From assembly GCA_963663765.2 (NCBI GenBank), contig CAXXUA010000015.1, positions 224,001 to 288,000 of the forward strand: 64,000 bases of DNA. The letters run 5' to 3'. The first letter of the stretch is position 1; the number at the start of each line of letters is the position of its first letter. The notes beneath the pieces are model-generated. The model saw only the letters and a program-made list of their open reading frames with translations. It was not told the DNA's origin and made no database searches. The stretch is from Candidatus Poribacteria bacterium. Its GTDB lineage: Bacteria > Poribacteria > WGA-4E > WGA-3G. This document shows positions 1-9,066 of the stretch, in pieces. The translations under genes were made by a program, and so were the position numbers.

Positions 1-370
1 GCGGATAATAACTGTTCGGTTCAAGTTCAACAGCACGTTCATAAGAATTGACTGCATCCGTTTCTTTTCCAATACGTTTGTAGATATGTCCTAAGATAAG
101 ATGAATATTAGTGTCATCAGGTTTTTCTTCTGCTTCCGATTGAAAATCTGCTAACAATGCATCTAAACCAGCACCCTCCAAGTATAATTGATAGAGACGG
201 TCAAAAGTACTCCCCTCTTTCGGCTTGTTCCTGAGCATCAATTTGTAGCGTTCAATTATCTGTTTGTCGTCTGTGGCATCTTGGGCAATGTTTAAGGCAG
301 TGAAACAGAGGGATAAGGTAAGGATACACAACGATAATACCAGTAAAATGCTTAACTGTCGACTATACAT
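1..370 (-). CDS. Tetratricopeptide-repeat protein with N-terminal signal peptide (5' part; runs off window start)
   Basis: Manual translation from ATG at 370: MYSRQLSILLVLSLCILTLSLCFTALNIAQDATDDKQIIERYKLML...IHLILGHIYKRIGKETDAVNSYERAVELEPNSYYP. TPR-like LGxxY...A...Y..A..L.P pattern. Not in the ORF track because it is open at the edge. Confidence 0.8.
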   Translation of the reverse strand, partial: MYSRQLSILLVLSLCILTLSLCFTALNIAQDATDDKQIIERYKLMLRNKPKEGSTFDRLYQLYLEGAGLDALLADFQSEAEEKPDDTNIHLILGHIYKRIGKETDAVNSYERAVELEPNSYYP

Positions 371-920
371 AGAATGATCCTCTTATGAAAACGCAACGGG
401 TTAGTGAGTCTTTCACGACTAACATTTCTGCAATAGTTTTGCTTATATATATTATGACGCGATTTTGTGCAGGTAAGGGTGCATATTTTTTAGTTGTTGA
501 AGAATTACTTATTATGGTGGAACCAAAGAATAACTGAACATTCCCACGGTGGAAACATTTAGGAAACCGTTTAATGAACATGAAATATCATAGATAATTG
601 TACTTAATTGATAAGACTATGTCAAGTAAAAATCAGGACAGACGCAAATTGACGGAATTTATCTTTTACAGAAGGTAGGTGTGGTTTCCTAACCGCACTG
701 GATTACTAATCAAAATTACCGAAATTATTTATTCATCTTCATATATGGGGGTTAGGAGAGTGGAAAAAAAGTCATCATTTCAGTTTTTTTATCTCCACAC
801 TCCCGAACGCAATCGCATGTGAGTTCATATTAAGTAAGACATAAAGATATCGTAAATTAATGAAAGAAAGGAAGATAATTTGTGTTCTGATTCACAAATT
901 TATATTCTTTATATTACTCA

Positions 921-1853
921 TTATTGTAAATTATATGGAGAAATGTAAACTTCGTATTTAATTGGTTCTAATGTTAATGGATTTATACTATAATCCCATC
1001 CCATAAACTCTTTTAATTCTTCGTCCGATGTATTTAAAACATCAATAGTAATTAAAGGAGCATCAGCATCCGATGTTCTACTAAACCCAGAAGTTACTTT
1101 TGAATCGATACCAATATATCTAAACTCATACTTTGTTCTTCCCTTTACAAAAAATGGCCGTCCATCTTTTAAAATTATTTTATTCCAAGCGGGACTCATA
1201 ATCCCCATTTCCACCTGCCATGTGGCTATTAATGGATTCTCATTTCCTCTTGGTACATGTAAATCCGCTTCAAGTACTTGACCCATAATTTCAGGAAATG
1301 CCCAAGTCTGTTCATATTGCCATTCAGGACGTCCAAAACCAAAACCCAAATTAAGTGTTAAACGAAGATCATTTTCAGCATAAACACGGTACATTTTTTC
1401 ATATTCTATGAACTTACCCCAAATATCGACCATAGGTCTATTCTTATTTTGGTATTGAACAATATTTTGAAGTAAAGCCTGAAATTGTTTGCCTTTTTCC
1501 TCAAGATTCTCAATTTCAGGAGGGTCTTGATATCCAGCATAAACATCAAGATTAAGTTCTGGTGGGAGCTTGAGTTCTTCAGGTATATCATCAGGCACTG
1601 ATGACGGTGGTAATGCAAAACTTACTCCAACAAATTCTTTAACTCTTTTAAATTCTCCAGTTGATTCTCCTACTTCGTCTGTAGCTTGCACCTGATCAGG
1701 GGGTTGTTCTGTTTCTGTCTCCGTTTTGGGTTCTGGGTTGGAGTGCTCCCCCTTGAACTGTTTCATGTCTACATGCAAGTAGATTTGTAATGCCGCGAAG
1801 CCGACTACAAGAAGCGCGAGTCCGCCTATTGCCCACTGTAATTGTTTTGTCAT
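921..1853 (-). CDS. Membrane-anchored hypothetical protein, paralog of 5847-6551 (shared N-terminal ~57 aa, unrelated C-terminus)
   Basis: 310-aa ORF with SD AAGGAG, N-terminal hydrophobic helix and Pro/Glu/Thr linker. N-terminus nearly identical to 5847-6551. Confidence 0.8.
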   Translation of the reverse strand: MTKQLQWAIGGLALLVVGFAALQIYLHVDMKQFKGEHSNPEPKTETETEQPPDQVQATDEVGESTGEFKRVKEFVGVSFALPPSSVPDDIPEELKLPPELNLDVYAGYQDPPEIENLEEKGKQFQALLQNIVQYQNKNRPMVDIWGKFIEYEKMYRVYAENDLRLTLNLGFGFGRPEWQYEQTWAFPEIMGQVLEADLHVPRGNENPLIATWQVEMGIMSPAWNKIILKDGRPFFVKGRTKYEFRYIGIDSKVTSGFSRTSDADAPLITIDVLNTSDEELKEFMGWDYSINPLTLEPIKYEVYISPYNLQ

Positions 1854-2000
1854 GTCAATAACTCCTTATTTGTGTGTCCCCTTGCGAACTTAATGAGTCT
1901 TGCTGGCAAGGTTCGGTTGCTACGGGGTTGATGATCCCCCGTTCAGGTAAAATGTGGTTACCAGTATATCTCCTTTGTGATATATTGTTTAGATAAAACT
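1854..2000 (-). promoter_or_regulatory. Conserved 5' leader (copy 1) of the paralogous gene family; possible structured RNA or leader peptide
   Basis: Aligns by eye with 6552-6699. Contains GGGG-N8-CCCC and CTTGC-CA-GCAAG hairpins and a second SD followed by a 14-codon uORF ending STP*. Confidence 0.5.
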
Positions 2001-2061
2001 TTATGTTATCCAATGATGCAAACTCTAAATCAACATATCGCTATGAAATATCCTTAATAAG

Positions 2062-2538
2062 TTAAAGACACAGTTTTAGACCGAATTCGTATTCACTATA
2101 ACTTCTGTCTATACGTTTTTGTGCCTTATCCAGCATCCACTCATTAAAATTAATAGAAGACAAAATCTTTTCACGGCTCCAAGTAAAAATAATTTGCGTC
2201 GCTATTTCCTCACCCGTTAAGTAGCCAGCTAAAACTGCAGGCGCATTTGCTACTTCTTCTCCAAGAGAAAAATAATTAACAATAACCGTAATAACAACTC
2301 CACCCGTAACAGTAATAACAGCTTGTGCTTTGCCTTGTTCAATAGCATCTTTGTTATCAATATAGTCATCAATGAGGCTATCTAACGCCTCATGTATATC
2401 ATTGTAATCTACTATCGCCTGATCAACAGTCTTTCTCTTTGCAGACTCTAACTCATCTTTCTCTGTGTGGATCACCGTGGATGATCCATAGGTAATATTT
2501 TGATAAGAAAAGATAGACAATAGACAAACAATAGACAT
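2062..2538 (-). pseudogene. Putative secreted hypothetical protein, 5'-truncated by the IS
   Basis: The apparent ATG (2536-2538) lies inside the IS left TIR. What remains starts with a partial signal-peptide-like stretch and has a hydrophobic Gly/Val-rich segment. Confidence 0.55.
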
Positions 2539-3569
2539 TATATAAATTTAAATTACAGTTGATTTCTGGCATAATAAAGAAAATTATGCTTTGGAGATTA
2601 ACTCATGAACAGATATGATGAAATCAAGGATGATCCGGGTAAGTTCCAAAAACTAACGGGTTTTACGACTGAAGAATTTTTGGCACTTCTTCCGATTTGG
2701 ACGACACATTTTTTAGCGTTTGTCTCTACAAAAACACTTGATGGTCAAGAACGAAAAAAAACGGCGTTATACCACTTACAAAAATAGTCGTTTGTCAAAT
2801 ATGGAAGATAAACTTCTGTTTATTTTGATTTATCTACGACACGCATGGACCCAAGATGCTCATGGTATGTTCTTTGATATGTCTCAACCTGAGACATATA
2901 AATGGATACACCTACTTTCACCGATATTAGACCAGGCATTAGATGAACTCGGTGAGTTGCCATCTCGTGAGACAACTCCTGATACTTTTGAAAAAGAGAC
3001 AGCTGTTGAAAGTGACACACCGGCACCCGAACATTTTTTCCAAGATTGCACAGAGCGTCCGATACAGCGTCCGAAAGACCAAGAAGCTCAGAAGGACTAT
3101 TATAGTGGCAAAAAGAAACAACATACTGTAAAGAATAATCTGCTTATTAATGCTGCGTGCAGGGTATTGGTATTGTCTCCTACTTACAAAGGCAGCAGGC
3201 ATGATAAACGTATTGCCGATGAAACAATATCTTTTTTGCCAAGTGGTAGTTATTTATACCAAGATTCCGGTTTTTTAGGTTTTAATCCTGCTGGTATTAC
3301 TGTTGTCCAACAGAAAAAGAAACCCAAAGGTGGTGAACTGACAGCAGCTGAAAAAGCAAGAAACCGGGAAATATCGTCTATCCGTATCCGTGTAGAACAT
3401 GTGATTAGTAGTGTCAAAAGATACCGCATAGTCAAAGACAAGTTGCGCAATTGGAAACAAGGGTTCAGCGATTTAGTCATGAAAATCTGTTGTGGATTAC
3501 ATAACTTTCGTCTAAACTTCAGACCTTGGTGTTATGACAAACATTTCGATTAAACTTATATAATGTCTA
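2532..3569 (+). mobile_element. IS5-family (DDE_Tnp_4, ISL2-like) insertion sequence
   Basis: 19-bp TIRs TAGACATTATATAAATTTA (2532-2550) and TAAACTTATATAATGTCTA (3551-3569), one mismatch, enclosing the transposase. Confidence 0.85.
2605..3553 (+). CDS. IS5-family transposase split by a +1 frameshift at an A8 run (2754-2761)
   Basis: ORF1 (FQKLTGFTTEEF) plus ORF2 with HTH (DKLLFILIYLR...FDMSQ) and DDE motifs DCTERPIQRP, YYSGKKKQHT, HD, DSGFLG, NREISSIRIRVEH. A7 instead of A8 gives a continuous RKKRRY frame. Confidence 0.85.
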
Positions 3570-4091
3570 ATGTCTAATATACACATCTTCAATGAAATCA
3601 ACAGGGATGTCGCTCATTGCGTGTTGTGCTTTTGGAATGGCGATTGGATCGTGTGCACGGATATTTGCACCTTCAGCAACGAGTTGACGGATAATATCAA
3701 GTGATGGTGCTTCTCGAATGTCGCCTGTATTCGGCTTAAAGGCGAGGCCGAGGATACCGATAGTTTTCCCACTAAGCGTTTTCAAAACATCGCGTAACTT
3801 TTGAACGATTCTTATGTGCTGTTGAAAGTTAACCGTTCGTGCAGCCTCTGTAATCGGCATCTCGTATCCAGCTTGTGCTGCAACACCTAATAGAGCTGCG
3901 GTATCTTTCGGGTAGCAGCTACCACCCCAACCCAGACCAGCACGGAAGAATCGATGTCCAATCCGTGAGTCAAGCCCAATACTGCGTGCCACCTCTGTGA
4001 CATCTGCACCGACATCCTCACAAAGAAAGGCATCATTGCTGTTTGCTCCGACTACGATCCGAGCTGGATAGAATTCCCCATGTAATGCCAA
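3567..4091 (-). pseudogene. ugd: UDP-glucose/GDP-mannose dehydrogenase fragment (central and partial C-terminal domain)
   Basis: Motifs GLDSRIG, GWGGSCYPKD, ILGLAFKPNTGDIREAPS. N-terminal NAD-binding domain absent; C-terminus cut at the IS right end. Confidence 0.8.
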
Positions 4092-4163
4092 ACGTACCTG
4101 TTCAAAGTTTATGATTTTCTTTCGTCACGCTTTTTCTCTTCAGGTTTGGAAGGCTCATCTGTA

Positions 4164-4580
4164 TCAGTTACCTTCTAAAAACTTCATGAGAACTTCGCTC
4201 TTTTCGCGGCTTTCTGAAGTAATTACCTTTCTAGCTTTCATCGTCTTTATAAGTCTCGCCCCAAACTTCTCCCGGAAAACGACCAAACGTTTGTGCCTCT
4301 CTGTACGTTTTTCCTCCGTAGATGCAGAATCGGGCAGTTTTGACCTCATGATTTCGGGCAATTCTGCTATTATCTCCCTACCGAGTTGAAGCGCTACCTC
4401 CTTTTCTTTTGGATCGTCAATGCATTCTATGAGGGTCGGATCTTCTTCACATTCTTTAAGAAGACGTTGTAATTTATCTAACTCTTGTTGATGTAATGCC
4501 TCGTGTGCTTCCGCTTCCGCTGTCTTTTCAGAATCATCAGAAGTGGGTTCAGGGTTCACAAGCAATTTCTTAGTTCCCAT
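4164..4580 (-). CDS. Hypothetical protein (charged, helical)
   Basis: ORF with strong SD AAAGGAG before MGTKK; no recognisable motif. Confidence 0.55.
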   Translation of the reverse strand: MGTKKLLVNPEPTSDDSEKTAEAEAHEALHQQELDKLQRLLKECEEDPTLIECIDDPKEKEVALQLGREIIAELPEIMRSKLPDSASTEEKRTERHKRLVVFREKFGARLIKTMKARKVITSESREKSEVLMKFLEGN

Positions 4581-5288
4581 TTTGATTCTCCTTTCACCGC
4601 ACATTCATGATAAATGTCGGTTGAATTCTTTCCAGTAAAGCTGTTGTACCCAACCGGAAATAGTTACCTGAGTAAGATTGAGTCTTTTGCTGATTTTACC
4701 ACAATTGTCCTTGAAACGTCGAAAACACAAGCATCAACTTTTGATGGACTTACAGATACCTCGACTGATAACAGTAACAGACCATTTGAGTATACGGTTG
4801 CTATATCAAAAGAGCCTTTCAGTTCTTACATATACCCAATTTTCTACTAAATGGTTCACTCGTTAAGTATTTGATTCATGTTTCCCATTGAAGTGCCATA
4901 AGCACCTAATTTATATCTCAGTTGAAAATGTCAGCTGGACACTTCGCTATGTGCTACAAGGGGTTATGTTATGTTTCGCTTCACTTAACTTCCTCTCCTT
5001 TTGCTATTCCACTTCACCCTGTAGGTATTTCATTGTCTCTTTTTTTTAAAGTCTCCTTTTTTGTATGTAAACTGATTTTCCAAAGAATTCACACGTACGT
5101 GTTATCCAAACGGATAAGACAACCATACCTAAATAAATTTAACACCGACTAAAAATGTGTACAACTAAACAATATAGTGCAACTGCATGGAAATCCTCCG
5201 AATCATGCGGGTTGCTGTCACTTTTATGAATGATAACATTTCTACAAAAAAAATCAAGAAAAAATCCTACGGATATTTTCAAAGTTCT

Positions 5289-5600
5289 TCAGATAGCGCT
5301 GATCAGTCGCATATTCAGGGAAATGATCTGCTCTCCAATCTTTATCGTCATACCCAATATATTTTGTCCCTTCATCGGTTGTTTTGCTTGAGAAGACCAC
5401 CAGTTAGATATGTAGGAGATATCCTCTCCATAACGGAAAACAAAGGTATCATCCACACTGATGACAATACACAGACGCGATAGAGTAGAAGCACTTTTGA
5501 TACAGCCTCCCGTAGCTCCTCTAACGCATGAGATCTTCCGCCCGTTCTGTGTACCCTGATGGAAGTTTCGGAAGTATACTTCTTTCTATATCGACCGAAA
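5289..5600 (-). pseudogene. DDE transposase remnant (IS4/IS701-superfamily-like)
   Basis: Manual translation: ...TLSRLCIVISVDDTFVFRYGEDISYISNWWSSQAKQPMKGQNILGMTIKIGEQIISLNMRLI*. Has a first catalytic hhhDDT motif; frameshifted and truncated. Confidence 0.55.
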
Positions 5601-5666
5601 ATTTTTGATAATATACACTGCTAACCCACATTCCGCACCTGTTTTTACAGAATTTAAATTTATATA

Positions 5667-5788
5667 CAGGACTTACGCAGTTTTCATGATTTGATGAAGA
5701 ATTATGACGAAAATGGTGTAATTTTCAGCATTTTTTAGGTTTCCAGCGCGCTTACAAAGCGCGCCTACCGTTGGGTGCGTAAGTCCTG
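5667..5788. mobile_element. MITE family A (TIR CAGGACTTACGCA), 5-bp TSD ATATA
   Basis: TIRs and TSD read directly; internal GTAG-REP hairpin GCGCGCTTACAAAGCGCGC-CTAC. Confidence 0.9.
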
Positions 5789-5846
5789 ATATAATGTCTA
5801 ATAAATGTAATATGTACGACTTTACGAAGCAACTAAACCTCATATT

Positions 5847-6551
5847 TTATTTGAAATAAGAATCCCAATCAGGATCCCAATCAGAAATGTGCATTGGAAA
5901 ATACTCAGATCGCCATAGTGCGTATCCACTTTCCGGATCATAGTGTGTATACTGAGTACGAACTCCAGTCCAATTTATTTTACCTAAATCCAGTTTTCGA
6001 GCTATGCTCATAGTACCGGATTTATATTTGTCACGGATTTCATACAACAGATCAAAATAATCTCTCGATGCCTTTTCAAATTCAGGTGTGCCTTCCGAAT
6101 AATAAATGCTGAGATAGCTTTGCTTGGCGAGTTCTTGGGCCTCCGTGTCATCAGGTGGAAATGGCGGTATCCATTTCGCGCTCCAGTGTCCGCGTTCTTC
6201 TGCTTGCAGGCGAAGTGCTTTCACGGGATTTGTTTTGAGCAGCTCCTCGTGAAATGTCAAGGAACCTTCAGGAAACGGCATAGGTTCTTTCTGTGCTATC
6301 GGCACTTCATGCCAATAGTCACCGTGCCACTCATACTTACGTCCATCATCTGGCGGTGGTGGTCTGTTATCCACTTCAGGCACTTGCACCTGGTCGGGGG
6401 GTTGTTCTGTTTCTGTCTCCGTTTTAGGTTCTGGATCGGCAAGTTCCTCTTTGAACTGATTCATGTTTACATGCAAGTATATTTGCAATGCCACAAAACC
6501 GACTATAAGAAGCGCAAGTCCGCCTATTGCCCACTGTAATTGTTTTGTCAT
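5847..6551 (-). CDS. Membrane-anchored hypothetical protein, paralog of 921-1853
   Basis: 234 aa; same MTKQLQWAIGGLALL TM segment and PEPKTETETEQPPDQVQ linker, then YEWHGDYWH and a different C-terminal domain. Confidence 0.8.
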   Translation of the reverse strand: MTKQLQWAIGGLALLIVGFVALQIYLHVNMNQFKEELADPEPKTETETEQPPDQVQVPEVDNRPPPPDDGRKYEWHGDYWHEVPIAQKEPMPFPEGSLTFHEELLKTNPVKALRLQAEERGHWSAKWIPPFPPDDTEAQELAKQSYLSIYYSEGTPEFEKASRDYFDLLYEIRDKYKSGTMSIARKLDLGKINWTGVRTQYTHYDPESGYALWRSEYFPMHISDWDPDWDSYFK

Positions 6552-6699
6552 GTCAATAACTCCTTATATGTGTGTTCATTTGAGAACTTAATGAGTCTTG
6601 CTGGCAAGGGAAGGTTGCTACGGGGTTGATGGTCCCCTGGTCAGGAATAATATGGTTACCAATTATATCTCCTTTTTGATATATTATCAAGATAAAACT
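6552..6699 (-). promoter_or_regulatory. Conserved 5' leader (copy 2) of the paralogous gene family
   Basis: Homologous to 1854-2000, with the same hairpins and uORF (6618-6662). Confidence 0.5.
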
Positions 6700-6704
6700 A
6701 TGAG

Positions 6705-7859
6705 TTAATATCCTGTAATGCTGATAACATCTCTACTTGCTGCAGAACGATAACCAGCACTTATTACCGCTACAGAATGTGCTGCAAATTCAGAATTCAT
6801 CTCACTCTCTACATCATTTTCAATACAATCTATAAAAGCACTAAATTCATTCTGTGCATCATTACTATTGCCAATATCCATCCAGTGTTGTTTCGGTTGC
6901 ATCCCAATCTCAGATTGCGTGCTACTCCACATCCCCATTGGATCCAATGGGTGTGGTTCCGGTGATATAAACGCGGGTTCTGTTGAAAAGACTTCTAATC
7001 GGTCTATAGAAGCATCAAAAGTTAGTGTTGCATCAGTCCCAACAAGATGTACTTTCCGCACGCCACCTTGTGCGTGACTTTGCCAACCATACCGTCCAGC
7101 AGCGATTGTTGCTGTGACACCATCTTCTAATGTTAACACCATTAGTCCAAAATCTTCTAAATCGCACTTATAGTGTTCTTCAAAAAAGTAGTTTGCAGTA
7201 CCGCAATAAACACTCTCAACACGTTTTTGTGTCAACCAGTTCACCATTGACACAGCGTAGACACCGATGTCAAACATTTCAGGCTTTGCTTCTACGAAAC
7301 TGTATCGTTCCAGTGTAGGTTTTTGTTTGCGCTTTTTTCCAATAGGAGCAGTTCCTGGATGCCCTTTTGCAAATAGGACATCACAATGAAGTGCTTGAAG
7401 TGTTCCAATATGTCCTTTGTTCAATCCATGTTTTACCTTTTTTGCCCACGAACTGTGGACATTGCTAAACATCTGTGTCTTAATGTTGTTTTTCTTCACA
7501 GCATCAACAATATCCTGTGCTTGTTTAGCATTGAGTGCCATTGGTTTGTCAAGATATATGTGCTTTCCAGCTTCAGCACATTTCACCCCGACACGTCCAC
7601 GTCTTTCCACTTCGGTACATAGACTTACTATATGAACATCATCACGTGCTAAAGCATTATCAAGGTTGGGTATATATGGCAGTTTTAATTCATCAGCGAG
7701 GGAACGACCTAATGCAATCCGTTCTTTAGGTGCATCCACTTCATCAGCAAAAGCAATGAGTTGGCAACGCGTATCATTTGCAAATAGATGAGCGTAGTTT
7801 TCTTGATGTGTGCGATGTCCACCGAGTAATAGGACTCCGTACTTTTTGTTCTTATTCAT
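6705..7859 (-). CDS. Gfo/Idh/MocA family oxidoreductase
   Basis: AGKHIYLDKPMA motif, FDIGVY (DxGxY-like), C-terminal AGYRSA. Confidence 0.9.
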   Translation of the reverse strand: MNKNKKYGVLLLGGHRTHQENYAHLFANDTRCQLIAFADEVDAPKERIALGRSLADELKLPYIPNLDNALARDDVHIVSLCTEVERRGRVGVKCAEAGKHIYLDKPMALNAKQAQDIVDAVKKNNIKTQMFSNVHSSWAKKVKHGLNKGHIGTLQALHCDVLFAKGHPGTAPIGKKRKQKPTLERYSFVEAKPEMFDIGVYAVSMVNWLTQKRVESVYCGTANYFFEEHYKCDLEDFGLMVLTLEDGVTATIAAGRYGWQSHAQGGVRKVHLVGTDATLTFDASIDRLEVFSTEPAFISPEPHPLDPMGMWSSTQSEIGMQPKQHWMDIGNSNDAQNEFSAFIDCIENDVESEMNSEFAAHSVAVISAGYRSAASRDVISITGY

Positions 7860-8304
7860 GCAGATCCTCTACTTTGATTGGTTGATTAGATGCAAGAGCG
7901 TTTGCGATTGTTTCGGATAATTCGTTTGACTTTCCGATTCCTGGAGGATTTCCACTTAGATTGTGTCTACCCATCGGTGTTTCATAATAGATTGTACCTC
8001 TATTGCCGATCAACATAATGTCAATTGCTGATTCAACATCTACGCGATTGACACACAAAACAGCCATTTGACCACCTGCAAATTGCACCATTACAGTTAT
8101 CTGAACTTTATCACCATCACCTTGCGCATATATGCTTTCTGGTTTAGATGGCATCCATGAATTTGATAGTGAAAAAATTTCTGCTGCAGATTGAAGTAAG
8201 TCTGCTGTATCACTAGCGACATGCAGTACACATCTTAGAAATACAGGACTTCCAATCCGTTCTTTCTCAATCACAGTGTCAACTGCTATTTTCAATAATT
8301 CCAT
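7852..8304 (-). CDS. Small protein resembling a Gfo/Idh/MocA C-terminal domain
   Basis: IGSPVF...PESIYAQG...ITVMVQFAGGQMA...IMLIGNRGTI. Overlaps the start of the downstream oxidoreductase. Confidence 0.65.
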   Translation of the reverse strand: MELLKIAVDTVIEKERIGSPVFLRCVLHVASDTADLLQSAAEIFSLSNSWMPSKPESIYAQGDGDKVQITVMVQFAGGQMAVLCVNRVDVESAIDIMLIGNRGTIYYETPMGRHNLSGNPPGIGKSNELSETIANALASNQPIKVEDLHE

Positions 8305-8375
8305 ATAGAATCCTTGTTATTCAAACATAGAAAACATTTGACTGTTCTGAAACTTTGTGCTAAATTTATTCTAAA

Positions 8376-8498
8376 CAGGACTTACGCAGTTTTCATGATC
8401 CTATCAAGAATTAAGACGAAAACGATGTAATTTTCAGCACTTTTTAGGGTTACGGCGCGCTTACAAAGCACGCCTACCGTTGGGGTGCGTAAGTCCTG
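8376..8498. mobile_element. MITE family A, TSD CTAAA
   Basis: CAGGACTTACGCA...TGCGTAAGTCCTG flanked by CTAAA on both sides. Confidence 0.9.
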
Positions 8499-8571
8499 CT
8501 AAATTCGTTTTGACTTTTTCTGCCCATTTACTATCAATCTATACATTTAATTCAACTAATGGAGGACAACT

Positions 8572-8937
8572 ATGGCGTTAAAAACACTACAAGAACTTGT
8601 TGCTGAGGCGAAAGCGCATGTTGGTCAAATTTCACCGGACGAACTTACTGATGCTGGAGATACTGTTATCCTATTGGATGTACGTGACGAACCTGATTAC
8701 GAAGAAGAACATCTCCCGAATGCGGTTTCACTCCCGCGCGGATATATTGAGCTTGATATTGATGAAGTTACGACAGATGAAAACACACAAATAGTTACGT
8801 ATTGTGGTGGTGGCACACGAGCAACACTTTCTGCACACACACTAAAAAACATGGGTTTCAAGAATGTTTCAGTCTTAACTGGTGGATTCCGCGGTTGGAA
8901 AGCAGCGGGACTTCCAACTGAAGCAGAAGATAGTTAA
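8572..8937 (+). CDS. Rhodanese-like sulfurtransferase (single domain)
   Basis: LLDVRD...HLPNA, active-site YCGGGTRA, LTGGFRGW; SD GGAGG. Confidence 0.92.
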   Translation: MALKTLQELVAEAKAHVGQISPDELTDAGDTVILLDVRDEPDYEEEHLPNAVSLPRGYIELDIDEVTTDENTQIVTYCGGGTRATLSAHTLKNMGFKNVSVLTGGFRGWKAAGLPTEAEDS

Positions 8938-8994
8938 GTCAATTGGCATATAAAATAGCATAGTTTGGAAAACATGTCAATTATTGAGTTTATT

Positions 8995-9039
8995 GTCATT
9001 CGGACAATTCATTTATTGTAAATAAATATTCCGAATGAC
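8995..9039. promoter_or_regulatory. Inverted repeat between the rhodanese gene and potD (terminator or operator)
   Basis: GTCATTCGGA...TCCGAATGAC, 10-bp perfect arms. Confidence 0.35.
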
Positions 9040-9066
9040 GTTTCTAATACATCAAAGGAGGGTTGG

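Noticed and set aside
4605-4920. Possible degraded sigma-factor/HTH gene on the minus strand (KISKRLNLTQVTISGWV)
   Set aside because: Only a short HTH-like stretch among several stops; not enough to call.
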